Origin: Octopus sinensis
Lineage: Eukaryota
Assembly (NCBI RefSeq): GCF_006345805.1
Contig: NC_043016.1
Span: forward strand, 28,892,001-28,956,000
DNA: 64,000 nt
Direction of reading: 5' to 3'
Under the pieces are notes generated by a model, which ran no database searches, was not told the DNA's origin, and worked only from the letters and a program-made list of their open reading frames with translations. Both the position numbers and the translations under genes were made by a program. Position 1 is the first letter of the stretch. Every line of letters starts with the position of its first letter. This document shows positions 38,780-52,416 of the stretch, in pieces.

Positions 38780-40980
38780 TTCTCAATCATAATACTAGTG
38801 GAAGACTGGAATGGCATTTTAGATGCATGCTGAGACTGTATTGTAGGATAAGCTAATAGGAGAGTGGAATCTAAAACCTTAGCACATCTGTTCAAACAGT
38901 TCCGGTTGTGCTACAATTTCTGGATCTCATAAATGTACCACTGTGGACAGAAAGAACTGCTTCAAGTTATCCAAAATATATTTAAGTTAAGTTTTTGTAA
39001 TGTCGACAGAGTGAAGGATGCTCACAGTTTCAACTGGTTGGCTGCACAGTCCTCTAGCTTATGAGCTGCTTGATTGAGCTAGATTAATTGCATAAACAGA
39101 GCTGATTACTGGAAGCTGAACAGATTTTCGTTAGGACACAAAGTCCACAGTAACTGATTTAGTGAATTAGTTTGGCTGTAGTCAACAGGGGTGATCATTA
39201 ACAATTTGTAGTGGAGTTCCTTGAAGATGGGATTAGAAGAGAATTTATAGTATCTAAGTAAAGAAGTAGCAATAGAGAAAACTAAATTATAGGAGAAACT
39301 CATGAGTAAATTAGAAGAGAGGATTAAGAAAGATATCATTACTAATGTGTAGCAGAAAGAAGGCTCTCCACTTCAGTCATTTCTTCAATGTCAAACATGG
39401 AGGTTGTGTTGTCTGAACTAAAATTTATATTCTTAAATATAAAAGGATAGAAGCTATTTAATATAACTGTGTAACAGATGTTTAGTGTTGGTAATAAAGC
39501 AACACTTCAGTCTTTGATGGAACCAGATCAGAGACTTGTTACTTGATTCCAGGCAGATGTAAATGACTTTGCTCATCTGTTCAAGGTGAGTGATGAAACA
39601 GATATGGTCATTGTTCTCAACAAAAGAAAGGAAATTGAAAAGATATCAAAAGTAACTGAAATATAGTTGGTAATAAATAGCTATACAAAAATTCTGTCTT
39701 CAATGATCTGATCTAAAAACTATATATATCAGGCTTGTTTGCTAATGTCTTAGCAGACATTTACTACCGCTTGCAACATGATGGGAAAATTAGCTGAGGG
39801 CTGGTAGTATTACTGAGAAAAAGCTTAAGCAAGTGGAACATCATTGATCATATCTAGTTTATTATTGCATTCAGCAGAGTTAAAGATTTTGTCTAAGGTG
39901 CTAGCAAAGGGGTTGGCACTTTTTGTCAGTACTATGGTCAGGAAAGTGCAATTTTGCATAATCTTGAGTTATCCATGACAGCATTCACTTCACATAAGAC
40001 TTTATAGTGAGGGTGAGTAACAAATCTAGAAAGTTTCAGTTAAGTTGACCATTATTATTTGGCAGCTGTCCTTAGTGCTATTTAGACTGGGTCAGTTCAA
40101 CATACAGCAGAATCTTTTTGGTGGTTAGACTAAATGAAAGCCTATCAATTGTCATGTTCTATCAAAGACACCATTTGTCATTCCTTCTGTATGTTCTGTC
40201 TCTTGAACAACTGCTATGGAAACTGAGGGTATTAAGATGCATCTTGTTTGAACTGTGATATGTAAGAGCCAGGTTGGCATTTGCTGATTATGTCACCGTA
40301 ATATGATTGACTCCACAGGAGCTAAGGTGGTCAAAACCATTCCAAAGGAATATAAAGCAGTAACAGGAGCACAAATTAACCTGGGCAGATTAGTTGACTT
40401 TACATCTCAGCACATAGAATGGCAATTCCATACCATAGTACCATAGTAGAGCACTGACCAATAGACCGGTTGTTTCTTAGGATTTGATGTTGTCCAGACT
40501 TCCAGTGGATAAGAACAGAATACTTTGACAAGACTGGAGCAAATATTCTGCCTTGGCTGATGATGTATTGGCATGTATTGAGATCATGGTATCTTCAGAG
40601 ATTTCTGGTTGGTGAATAATTTTTCTGCAAGTCACCTCTTAAATGGAAATAAAGTTCTACATTAAGCAGAGACTAAAACTGAGTACTTAACATCTGGAAT
40701 ATTGCCAGGCACTCACAGTCCTCTACTAGTCTGATAGAATGACCAGTGTAACTTCTTCATTAGCATTCCATAGAAGTCTAGTGGCATCAAAGGATGCCAA
40801 ACATTCCTTACAAAAATTTGTGTATTGGCAAGAATGAAATACCTGGTCTGTTTCTGAGCACTTTAAACCCAAAGACAAAAGATAACTTTCAGAAATCTTT
40901 GGTCTGACTGCCCTTCTGGAAGGCATTGCCAGTTCAAGATTAACTCTACAAGCACAGAAGTGCCATCAACTGAACTTGTT
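38780..40980 (+). mobile_element. Degraded L1/Tx1-clade ORF2 relic
   Basis: Fragments DWNGILD (endonuclease), WKLN, AELKILSKVLAK, VDHYYLAAV, FADYVT and AVTGAQIN appear in the expected order, with many stops and frameshifts. Confidence 0.65.
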
Positions 40981-42049
40981 TGAAATATATATTGTATTTG
41001 AATATATAAAGGTAGCATTGTATACATTTATCACCTGCTTGACTTTTTGGTGATAGCTTCATCTGTTCTTAACCACCTGTCTGAAATGCTTGTTGACTGT
41101 TCTGCATGTACCTTCTAATGTCTGGGTATTACTGACATGTGCATCTGTTGAACTGTTATCATCACTTCCAAGATAGATCAGGATATCAGCAAGTTTTGTG
41201 TGAAGATCATTCAATCTGGAAGTTTGGGCTATCCTTGACTTGTCTTGTGGGTCTCCTTGGTTGGGCCTGGGTGGCAATCCTCATCTGATTTCTCTGTAAA
41301 CTCTACATACACACACATGCAAACGCACACCCTTCTAACCTGTCTCTGTAATGTCTTCTTGTCTGTCAATTTTCTTATAGGAAAAGTTTGTTGTTAGTGT
41401 TATTGTTGTTGTTCCTTTTATACTTCTTGTTTTATATCCTGTACTGTCAGGTCCAAACTATGGTCCTGAAGCACCAAGAGGGGAGAGGTCAATATTAGGC
41501 GAATTAAATTTCAAACAGTGCAATCATCTAAACTGCATAGATATTGATGTTGCCTGGGATATAGTGGCTAAACTTTTCCATTCCATCCTTCATGAACCCT
41601 AGTACTCCTATGACCACTGGTATTATTTCAGCCTTCATATTCTAGGTGCATAGCCTAGCAGTTAGCCAGTTGCATTCATGATCACCAGATTGGATGGTAT
41701 ATTATGTTGTTGAGCAAAGCACTTCATTTCATTTTGCTCAAGTGCTGTGTGGAGACTGGCATACCAAAGAATAGATCCAACATTTCCTCTGTGTATAATA
41801 AAAGGCAACTAAAAGAGATTGAGGTAGGATTTGCACTCTGACCTTGTAAAACTCTCACTAGCAATGGCTACCCAAATGGACCTATGGGCTGGAAGATTGT
41901 CACTTGAGTGGTGTGAAGGTGTCTTCTGTCAGAAGTAGAGAATCACCAACAAATGGTGGATACAGCAACACACTGTTACAGTGCATACCCACATGCTGCT
42001 GCCACTGCTTCTGCTGCTGCTGCTGCTACTACTACTACTACTACTACAC

Positions 42050-42620
42050 ATTCCACATCTTGTTAATTTTGATCTCCGAGTCTTTGTACTTGGTCAACTT
42101 CTCTAGGTTACTTGGAAGTTTTTTTCCTTTTTCTTGAAATTATTGTTATATATCTCCTATCCTTAATAAGAATGTCAGGCTTGTTGGTTTTTATTTCTCC
42201 CTCAGTGTGGTGGATGGGGAAATCCAAAAGATAGTAGCATCCTTATTGTCAGTGACTATGTTTGGCTAATGTTCATACCACTTCTCAGTGGACTTGGTTT
42301 TATACCTCATATTTTCCGGCATCAGTAAAATCACTGCCTTATGCCTGTAGATGACTTTGGTCATTGATAGACACAGGAATGCAGAAACTATGTGGTTAAT
42401 GGTTTCTTCATATTTTCCACGGATCTTGCACTATAGATGTGTTTCATCCTTGATGGTGTGATGCTGATAGGATCTGTGCAAGATTCTGATCTTGTGCAAT
42501 GATTGTCAGACCTTCTGTCTCTATTTCCAGTTTAGCACTTTTAAGCTATTTGTGTATGTTCATTCAATCTTTTTGCATGGTTCCAAGGTGAAGTACATAT
42601 TCAGTATTCTGCATCAAGTC
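42050..42620 (-). mobile_element. R4/Dong-clade fragment (zinc-knuckle to RLE region)
   Basis: ETEGLTIIAQDQNL, LLDFPIHHTEGEIKTNKPDILIKD and EKLTKYKDSEIKINKMW; similar to the fragment at 1861-2401. Confidence 0.72.
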
Positions 42621-42639
42621 ATATGACCTTAGGCAGACA

Positions 42640-45600
42640 GAGAGTACCTTTCACAGGCTGTTGGCAGTTCCATTTAGTGCCAAGTTTTGTAAGGTTATAG
42701 TGTTAAATGTCATATTTGATTCTTTGATGTGTGTTATAAATATGTTGGGAATAGAGCCAAGAGATCTAAATAATATTAGTACAACTTCAGTTGGTATATT
42801 TAATTTTTGGATTTGGTTTGCAAGATTCTTTATATGAGTTCGTGTGTTGAAGCATATTCTGTTGTGTCTGGGGAGAGTCATTTTCTTTTTGTGCCTTATA
42901 ATTTAACACACTCACCAGTAAAATTTCCACTTATTTCTTATTTTTATTTTCCTAAAATTTTCGTTGCATCTTGCAACCTTTTCAATAGTTTTGACTCTGT
43001 CCATTATTGAAAAAGTTGCAAGATGCAACGAATATTTTAGGAAAATAAAAATAAGAAATAAGTGGAAATTTTACCAGTGAGTGTGTTACATTATTCAGTT
43101 GGTATGTTTCACACTTATGAAAGTGAAACATTTATAAATGTTTCACATTTATGGATTTCTGAAAACTTAGCAATTTTCTCATCTGCTTTCCAAGATATGT
43201 TGTGATTGTCCAGGATGGTTACATGTAGCACTTCTATATCTCTTTCTCTATCACAATAATGTCAGTCAGTGGTGCTCTATTTAATCATTTTGCCAGAGGA
43301 TCTTTCTGTGATCGCCACATGATTTTATGAATCCATATATTACACTACAAATATATTCATAAATATTCTTACAGAGTTTGTATCAACACTTAGTTCTAGG
43401 TTGGACTCTCAGTTTCCTGTTTCAGCTCACCCTTTCTCAAACAATCTCATTACTGTTAAGCTTTTTGGGTGTTATATATTATTTTCAAACTGGCTATGCT
43501 GGAGCATTCTTTTGTATTTACTTCGGTTTTCTGCCATGACACTGTCTCTCCTTATAGATATTCTTGTTCTCAGTCATTTTTTTTTGTTTTAACTATGTTG
43601 CTGCATTCTGCAGTATTCTGCAAGTGGTTCACTGTTACTTGCAAAATACTGGTCTAATGATCTATGTTCATTTTCAACACATTTTCCAGTGTTGATTATC
43701 CCTTGTTGCCTGAGCAAGCCATTGAAAGATACCAGTGCTTTGGTGCAGTGCTTTGTACTCTATCATCAACTTGCCAGTATCTCCATCAATGTTTTCAATC
43801 TCTTCCTTAATCCAATTAAGAGTGGTGGTGCTATAGCACATCACTACCATGGCCCAGCTGCTGATGCTGTGATTAAATTTCTGGAATCTAAAGTGTTTTA
43901 CGATAAAATTTTCATTCTTGTTAAACATGTATCTCTCATAATTGTCTTCGTTATTCTGTCTAGAATTTGATCTAATTCTGGGATACCCAAATATTTAAAA
44001 CAGTTGCATTCAAAACCCCTAATTCTCTCTTCTGAGATGGTAGCTGAATACCATTGCATGTCATATTCTTACCTGCTTTTCTGATTAACTACTGCACATC
44101 TTGAAATGTCAAACTCCACTCTAAAATCCTGGCACATATAGCACACACCATGTTACTTACTCTCTCTCTGGTATCCCATACTACCATCTTTATCTTTTTT
44201 CCAGTTCCTCCCACCCACCTTTAATTAATACATGGTAGCAATGTATCTTCTCTATAGAAAGATACCTGTGCTTGTCCTTTATTATAATTTAACCTTTCGG
44301 CACCTGGCATAAAGCTGCCTCCCCCTCTCTCAAATATGTTCCCACTCAGCTAAAGGAGCTTTAATATTTTTTTTCCTATATTGGAAGTTATTTGGCAACC
44401 TCACTAGCAGCATGAAAAAACCACCTAGTACACTCTGTAAAGTGGCTGGTGTTAGGAAGGGCATCCAGCCATAGAAACGATGCCAAAACTAACATGAACT
44501 CAATGCAGTCCTCCAATTTGTTGGATACTGTCAAACTGTCCAGCCCATACCAGCATGGAAAACGGATGTTAACTGATGATGATGATCAATTTAGACTTCT
44601 AACTTAGAAAACAGGTTTATGCCATTCATAAATAAAATGTTAATTTCTGGATCTTCCTTTCCAAGTTCATTTTCCAGTTTTATATAATATCATTGATGAT
44701 GGTATTAATAATAAGGCGAAAAGTAGAGAAGAAAAAGAATTTCTTTGGAAAATGCAGTTTAATGGATCCCAGACTTTCCTTTGCAACCTATAGGTTCATC
44801 TTCCAATGTGGCATGCTAGATGCTGTGATATTGATAACATTTTCAGCAGTGACAAACATTAACAAACACTTGAAAATCCATGGATAGGCTTCTTTAAAAC
44901 TGGCCCGTATACTCAGGCCAGTACATCCCTTGCAACTATGCAACATGTATTTAATTCAAAGTGATCTTTTATCACATACAGCCCTTTCCAGCACCCTCTT
45001 TTGCTCCACAAGTAGCAGATCATTTAGTAACAGGTGTTTCTCTGTAAACATTCTTGCTCAGAGCATCCGCTGTAGATTTAAACTTAAACCTGCATGGTAG
45101 TTCCCTACCACTGTTCTTTTGATCTCATCTTTCATATTGAGAGTTGTTCTGTTCTCAGCCATTCATGTGGATACTTTTAGATAGTAATCATTAGAACTCA
45201 GTGCTATTTTTACATGTAAGTGAGAGTAGCTCTTCTGCCAGAACACTTGAATCAAATCCAGATGCCTTCCAAAACATCTTTTGTTGTTTTGGAATTGCTT
45301 TTTCCAATTTCATCTTAACTTCTTTAATCCATCCAGCTCCACTTCTGTACTTGTCCAGAACTTCCCAAATATCAGTCTGGAACCTGGTAACTTCAAGGTT
45401 TAGCAGGAACATGTCCCCATTTTCTCCAAATAATTTTATGCACACTTATATTTGCTTTGAGACCAACAGGCAGTTTTCTTCAAATTCCTTTTCCTTGGCA
45501 ACACGTCTTAATCCAGTTTCCCTAGCAATACAGCTCTTAATCTTCTTTGCATTAACATTAATACACACCGTTATTTTCATCTTGAATCCTATAGTTTTTA

Positions 45601-46330
45601 ATCCAAACAGCCTGTCTAGTCTCCTTTTATCTCCTGTCTTATTCTTCAATTGCCTTTGAAACCAAACATTTATTCTACTCGAGTCTGTTGGTATCACCAT
45701 TCAACCTTCTTTTCTCAGTTTAGCCAGTTTCATCATCTTTTCTTTGCCACTTTTCATTTCTAGCCTTTCTTCAAGTCTGTATGCCAGCTGCCCATATCAG
45801 TCTTTGAATATCTGATATATTGAATACAGCAATGTACTTCAATGCTATTTTGACCATAGCAGTTTCACTACACCCCAACGCTCCTTTTTTAACATAGCAG
45901 ACATTGAAAGGTTCAAAATTTTCTGCTTGTCTATATTGTTCCTTAAGTTTTTTTCCATAATCCTTGAAATTTAATTTCTCACTTCTTCGCCAATAATAAA
46001 TCTTCTATCAACATCACCATCACCATTATCATCAATGCTATCTTTATCATCAACACTACCACTACTATCATCATCATCATCATTGTTCACTAGATGTTCA
46101 CTCCTGTTCAAAAATTTTTTTTGCTTTCATTTCTGCTGACTGTTGAATATTTTGCTAGCTATGGTTCCTGCTACATGGTAATCAACTTCCACACCAGAAA
46201 GCCAATTACTTTTCGTTAACTTGTGGACCTAACCCACCAGTTTATTCTTGGAATTGTTGATCATACTGAACTCTTGCCAAAACCAGTGGGTTCTGGTTCC
46301 TGTTCCACTATGACCATCAACCAGCGGCAT
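42640..46330 (-). mobile_element. Near-full-length, heavily decayed R4/Dong-clade element
   Basis: Motifs in order: KSNWLSGVE (N-terminal), WKASGFD, WIFKCLLMF..SMPHWKMNL (RT), FKYLGI, SWAMVVMCYS..NWIKEEIENIDGDTGKLM..ALH, the RLE region, and RSLGSIP..LQNLALNGTA (C-terminus). Interrupted by an RTE-tail element (44415-44585) and the IR at 42904-43088. Confidence 0.7.
42904..43088. repeat. Inverted repeat (84-bp arms, 4 mismatches, 17-bp spacer)
   Basis: 42904-42987 versus 43005-43088. Confidence 0.93.
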
Positions 46331-47789
46331 TTAAGTTCCATTTTATTGTCTAGCTTGCTCTACTTATGTCTACCACCAGTTTTGTTTTAAGTTATAGTTT
46401 TTCTGTGACTGCAAATCTTAAGACTTTTTGCATGTTTATTGTTAGTGATATTGATACCCCTGTGCCAAAAGCTGCACCCATTACATCTTTGGGGTTGAAA
46501 GTGGGTGCCTCAGACACCATTACATGTTCCAAATCAGGCACTTCAGATCCCATATTATAGCGTTACATTTATTTTAATTTAATTTAGTGGTTAAACATCA
46601 TTCATATTGAGAATGAGTTTATTTATGTATTGAGAGGGAGAATTTCACTTCTTGGTGTTTTATACATATATATATTTCCCTGACATTATTAAGAAAAAAC
46701 TTGGGCTCATTGATCTGAATATGCAGCAATGGGGTGTGGGAAAGCACTTTCTTTTGTTACCTGTTGTTGTTGTTGTTGTTGTTGTTGTAACATTGGCACA
46801 ATGCCAAACATTTGTAAAAAAATAAGTAATATATTGGCCTTAATGTATAATTTTTGTTTTTGAAAGAGTGAGAGAAGGTGATTGATTTTGGTTATTTTGT
46901 GTATTTTGATTGATTCTGTTATTCACATCTTTTGGCAAATATTAATTACAATTCAATTCAATTACGTTAATTACAACACAATAGAACTGTCCAAAAGTTG
47001 GCATCTTCAGTTTGTGTTAAGTGTTCTTCAGATCAATTACAGAAAACATCATCATTAGGTCAATAGGTTTTTTTTTTGATATCATAATGAATCTTTTATT
47101 TAATAATGTCTTGATGTAAGTTGTGAAGTTCTTAAATTTTGTGCACAGAAACGCATAACAGACTTCTTTTGGTTTCTGTCTACTAAATCCATTTACAAGG
47201 CTTTGGTCATCCTAGGATTATAGTAGAAGATGCTTGTTCAAATGCTATGCAGTTGGACTGAATCCAAAACCATGTGTGTAGGAAGTGAACTTGATAGTCA
47301 TGCCTGCATACACATTTGGTGATCTTTCCAGTGTTGATACTATATAAAAAACACCGAACACACAATGGTTGACATTAGGAAGGTCACCCCGTTGTAGAAA
47401 TCACATCAAAGCTGACACTAGAACTCAACACACTCCTCTGGCTTGCTAGCTCATGTCAAATGTCCAACCCATGTGGCATGGAAAACAGTCATCAAATGAT
47501 GTTGTTGATGAAGATGATGATGACAACGATGACAATGTATTAACTGTGAAATGTTCTTGTTTTAAAATTTTCCTCTACAGATTTTCTATAGAATTCAGTG
47601 CTGGCTCTGAATTTTATAGAAATTCTATTGAGGTAAACTTTAAAATATATATATAAATTTGTGTGTGTGTAATTCTTTTATGATCATCATCTAAAGGCTA
47701 TGGCCATGCTTAGGCAATGCCAGTGTTATCATCTTTTCAATGGCCTTTCTTAATGTGGTTGACTTTTGGTGAATCCAGAGTTTAGTATC

Positions 47790-48322
47790 ACTGCCTCTTT
47801 TGAGTTTCTCGCTGTGATGTAGGATCATCTAGGATCTTGGACAGCAGAAAGCCAAGTTGATTCTTGAAAACATCTACCCCAACTCTGTGTAAATCTCTCA
47901 TTTTTGGGGCCAAGATAATAAATAGCTGTTGGCCTTTGGATCACAAGCTATTGCAGTACCTGGTCCTTACTCCTGATTAAAGGAGTGGAACCTTTGGAAT
48001 AGTACAATGGCATCCTGTTCAGGGACTGACATAACTTTCAATGCAATAGTTTAGTGTCAGCCTCTCTTGGATCTTCCATATATGGATCACTGCTTATCCC
48101 TCCCTTCTTTGCCCCAGTGAGTAGAATAGTAATTCTTTCAGTCACTCCCAGTCGCTTGAATATTTTATTGATTCATTCTTCTTGAAATTCTGCTTTTAAG
48201 TTGACAGTGTGGGTCAACCATAATTGAGAGTTGAGGACAATATCCTCATAGTTTCTTTGCCCTTTGTTCTCAAAGTTCTTAGAATTCATCTGGTCATTCA
48301 CCAGCACCATGCCACTTTCTTG

Positions 48323-48361
<39 letters not shown>

Positions 48362-49400
48362 GAAAAAATTTTTGCTTATATCAATCTCCATGTCATGCAC
48401 TGTGTTAAATTCTAGGATTGCCTTCCCTTTTGGTCCAAAGTATCTATGGTGTTGCATGTTAGCACAAGTTGGCTGTTAGTGAAGGGCTTTGAATTTCCCT
48501 GCATTAAATTGTATGTTGTTTTCTTCAGCCCTTTTATATATGGAATCTAGTTCTTTCTGCAGAAGATTAGTTTTGAGAAGGTTCTTGACTGCTTGTGCTA
48601 CTCTTTTGTATTGTTGATATAGCTAGTTAGAGTGGCTGTCTGTGTAACAGATGGCATGACTGAGAGAACCACTAGAAACAGCAGTGGCCCTAAGACTTCA
48701 GTCACTATCAATCTCTTCTAGGAGTGGGCTCCATTGGCTGCTACATCATGGCTTTTGTCTTTTAAGAAGTCAAAAAGCACTCACCCAGTTTTCCAACTAT
48801 ACTGAGTTCTTACTGCTTGTGGCATATTCCATAATCAACCCTATCAAAAGTCTTTGAAAAATTGGGACATGCCACATTTGAGCAACTCATAAGTTATTTC
48901 AACATCATCCAGTCATAATGTTGCAGGAGCTTTGTAAGGTAGCTTCTTCCTGAGCAAAAGCCTTGCCAAGTGTCAGAGAGCAAGTCATTGTCTTCAAAGA
49001 ACATGATCAGCTTCCTCCTCACACTGCATTTTATGGACTTTGCTGACATGTGAGGTTAGAGAGACAGGCCTATCATTTGTAGCATCTGCTCTGCTTTCTT
49101 CTTAATGGATAGGACATATTATGCCTTCCTTTAACTTTCTGGAAAGTATACCACTTAAAAGAAAACTTTGGAAGAGGATTTTCAGTGATGTTGCTAAAGT
49201 CCATTTGCATTTTTTTTTTTTTTTTTTGGAAAATTGCTGGGAATCCATGAGGGCCAGTGGCTGAGTGTAAGCCCATTTCATCAATGGTTGATACTGCATT
49301 AGTTTCCTTTGTTTTGATGTAATCACTAATTGCTTTCCCTTCATGTAGAGCACTGGTGTCAAAGAACTCATCTGGCATATTTATTTGCAAGTATCCCAAC
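47790..49400 (-). mobile_element. Degraded CR1-like LINE ORF2 relic
   Basis: GPHGFPAIF, CKWTL..LKEGIICPIH..RPVSLTSHVSK, then DRVDYG- and VLGPLLF-like RT segments. Interrupted by (TA)n. Confidence 0.65.
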
Positions 49401-49426
49401 AGAGATGTGAAAATACTTTGTGTTTG

Positions 49427-49497
<71 letters not shown>

Positions 49498-49664
49498 TGT
49501 GTGTGTGTGTTCGTGTGTGTGTGTGTGTTCATATGAGTGTGTGTGTGTGTTCATATGAGTGTGTGTGTGTGTTCATATGTATGTGTGTGTGTGCATATGT
49601 ATGCGTGTGTGTGTATATATATATATATATATAGATATATCATCGAGCATTAACGACGATGATA

Positions 49665-51802
49665 TCATCATCATTTAACGTCCGTTTTCCGCGCTAGCAC
49701 GGGTTGGATGGTTCGACCGGGTTCTGGGAAGCCAGGGGCTGCACCAGGCTCCAGTCTGATCTGGCAGTGTTTCTACTGCTGGATGCCCTTCCTAACGCCA
49801 ACCACTCCGCGAGTGTAGTGGGTGCTTTTTACGTGCCACCTGCACAGGTGCCAGGGGAGTCCGGCATCGGCCACGATCAGTTGGTGCTTTTAACGTGCCA
49901 CTGGCATGGAAGCCAGCCAAGGTGGCGCTGGCATCGGCCACGTTCGGATGGTGCTTTTTATGTGCCACCGGCACAGAAGCCAGTCGAGGCAGCGCTGGTG
50001 CTTTTTATGTGCCACCGGCACAGGTATCACAACTACTATTTCCATTGATATTTATTTCGATGTTCATGTACTTGACTCAACAGGTCTCCTCAAGCACAGC
50101 GGGATGTTCTGGAATCCAAGGTACTTTGAATGGGCAGGGGCTATGCGGAACTGGTGCAGGAAGCAGCCTGGGTCTTTGCAGTCACAGCATATCTCCAGAG
50201 ATCTCAGTCCTTCGCCATTGCCTCAGTGAGGCCCAACGCTCTGAGGTCATGCTTGACTACCTCATCCCATGTCTTCCTGGGTCTACCTCTCCCCCTGATA
50301 CCTCCAACTGTTTGGGAGTGGCACTTCTTCACATATCTCTCCTCATCCACCCGCAGTACATGACCATACCATCGCAAGCGTCGCTCTTGCACACCACATC
50401 TGATGCTTCTTATGTCCAGCATTTCTCTCAGGGTGCTTACCCTCTGTCGTGCGCGCACACTGACATTACACATCCAGTGGATCATGCTATCATTCTTTTC
50501 AAGTCTACGCATGTCCTCTGCAGTCACAGCCCATGTTTCACTACCATGAAGCATGGCAGTTCGCACACATGCGTCATACAATCTACCTTTCACTTTGAGC
50601 GAGAGACCATTTGTCGCCAGTAGGGGTAGGAGCTTTCTGAACTTTGCCCAGGCTATTCATATTCTAGTGGTGACACTCTCTGAGCATCCACCTCCACTAC
50701 TAACTTGGTCACCCAGGTAGCGGAAACTATCAACTACTTCTAGTTTCTCCCCCTGGAGTGTGATGGAATCTGTTTTCTGAGTATCTGTGGTATCTATTGT
50801 CCCTGTGCATCTGCCGCACATGAAAGCTATCTTATCAGTTAATTTCCCTTTGATGTTGCTGCACCTCTTATGTGTCCATAGCTTACACTGGGTACATCCT
50901 ATGGAGTTTCTACCTACACCTTTCCTACAGATCGAGCAGGGCCATCTACCCAAGGGTGTGTGTGCTGAGTTCGCCTTTCTGCTTACTATAACTTTGGAAT
51001 TTGCTACATTTACTCTAAGGCCCTTTGATTCTAACCCTTGCTTCCACACCCGAAATTTCTTTTCTAGTTCCGGTAGTGATTCTGCTATGAGAGCCAGGTC
51101 ATCAGCATAGAGGAGCTCCCAGGGGCAACCTGTTTTGAATTCCTCTGTTATTGCCTGGAGGACTATGATGAATAAAAGGGGACTATGATGAATAAAAGGG
51201 GACTGTAGTTATTTCTATCTAGAGCATCACCCTTACCCTTGTAGCAGTTGACTATGGTGCTGCTACGCCAGTCATTGGGTATGACTCCATTATGAACTAC
51301 CTGGTTTACAATGCGGGTGACTAGGCCATAGCCCACATAACCAGCTGTTTTAAGCATCTCAGCAGTGATTCCTGATGGGCTGGGGGCTTTACCTGGTTTC
51401 ATATCCTTAATTGCCTTAACTACAAGGGAGCTGTCTATTTGGATAGCTGGTCCCTCTACTGGGTCAACATTTGGCAGGCTCTCCTCCTCCCATTCATTCT
51501 CCACATTCAGCAGTCTTTCATAATGGCTTCTCCAAGCCTCTTTCTTTTCACCAACATTAAAAGCAAGTGCCCCATCATCCATGCGGACACATATCTCTCC
51601 TGTAACATCACTATTTTCTCTCACATACTGTCTGGCAATCCGAAATACCTCAGCTCTTTGGTCCTCACGTCGCTGGACATGGCAAACTTCTTCTTTTCTG
51701 CTATGTATACCTATCGCCCAGCCTCCCTTTTGGCTACCTGGTACAGTTCCCTGCTGCCCCCATCCCTCCAGGCCTTCCAGGCCTGTTTCTTTGCACTAAT
51801 AC
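49665..51802 (-). mobile_element. RTE-clade LINE, 5'-truncated and internally deleted
   Basis: ORFs 51163-51624 (KPGKAPSPSGI...CYKGKGDALDRNNY), 50657-51049 and 50204-50593 (RGRGRPRKTWDEVV). YADD near 51100. 3' UTR and (CAT)n tail at 49665. Confidence 0.92.
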
Positions 51803-52352
51803 CTATGTGCCTATGTATGTATGTGTATGTTTTTATTTATATATATAATGTATATGTGTGTGTATGTGTCTATATATATATGTTTATATGTGCATGTGTG
51901 TGGTGTAAAATTCTACTGTGCGTAACATATTAAAATATAAATACTGAATGGTACTAGCTGGGATATTTTGTCTCAAGAGAAACTGAAGTGGCTTTGCTCA
52001 AAACATCAATGTATCACCTTATACAGTGTTTCAACTCAGTTTAGTCTCCTCAATGACAAATACACCAACATGTTTTGAACTAAGCTGACAAATGCTTTTT
52101 CCAGTACAGAATTTAGTAAACTAGCATATGTCAGCTTAGTTTAGGACAGGCTATTCATTACCAAGGTGGAAACACTTGTTAGGCAATGCACTGGTGTTTT
52201 GAGCAAAACGCTGTGTTTTTAATACACAAATCTCTTTCAGAAGTTTCACTGAGACACAATGTTAGAGCTAGTGATGTTCTACATTCATAGGTACCCTATA
52301 AATATTTTACACGTCATTATTTTAATCTGGGCTGTTTCAAGAACATTTGTTA

Positions 52353-52416
<64 letters not shown>

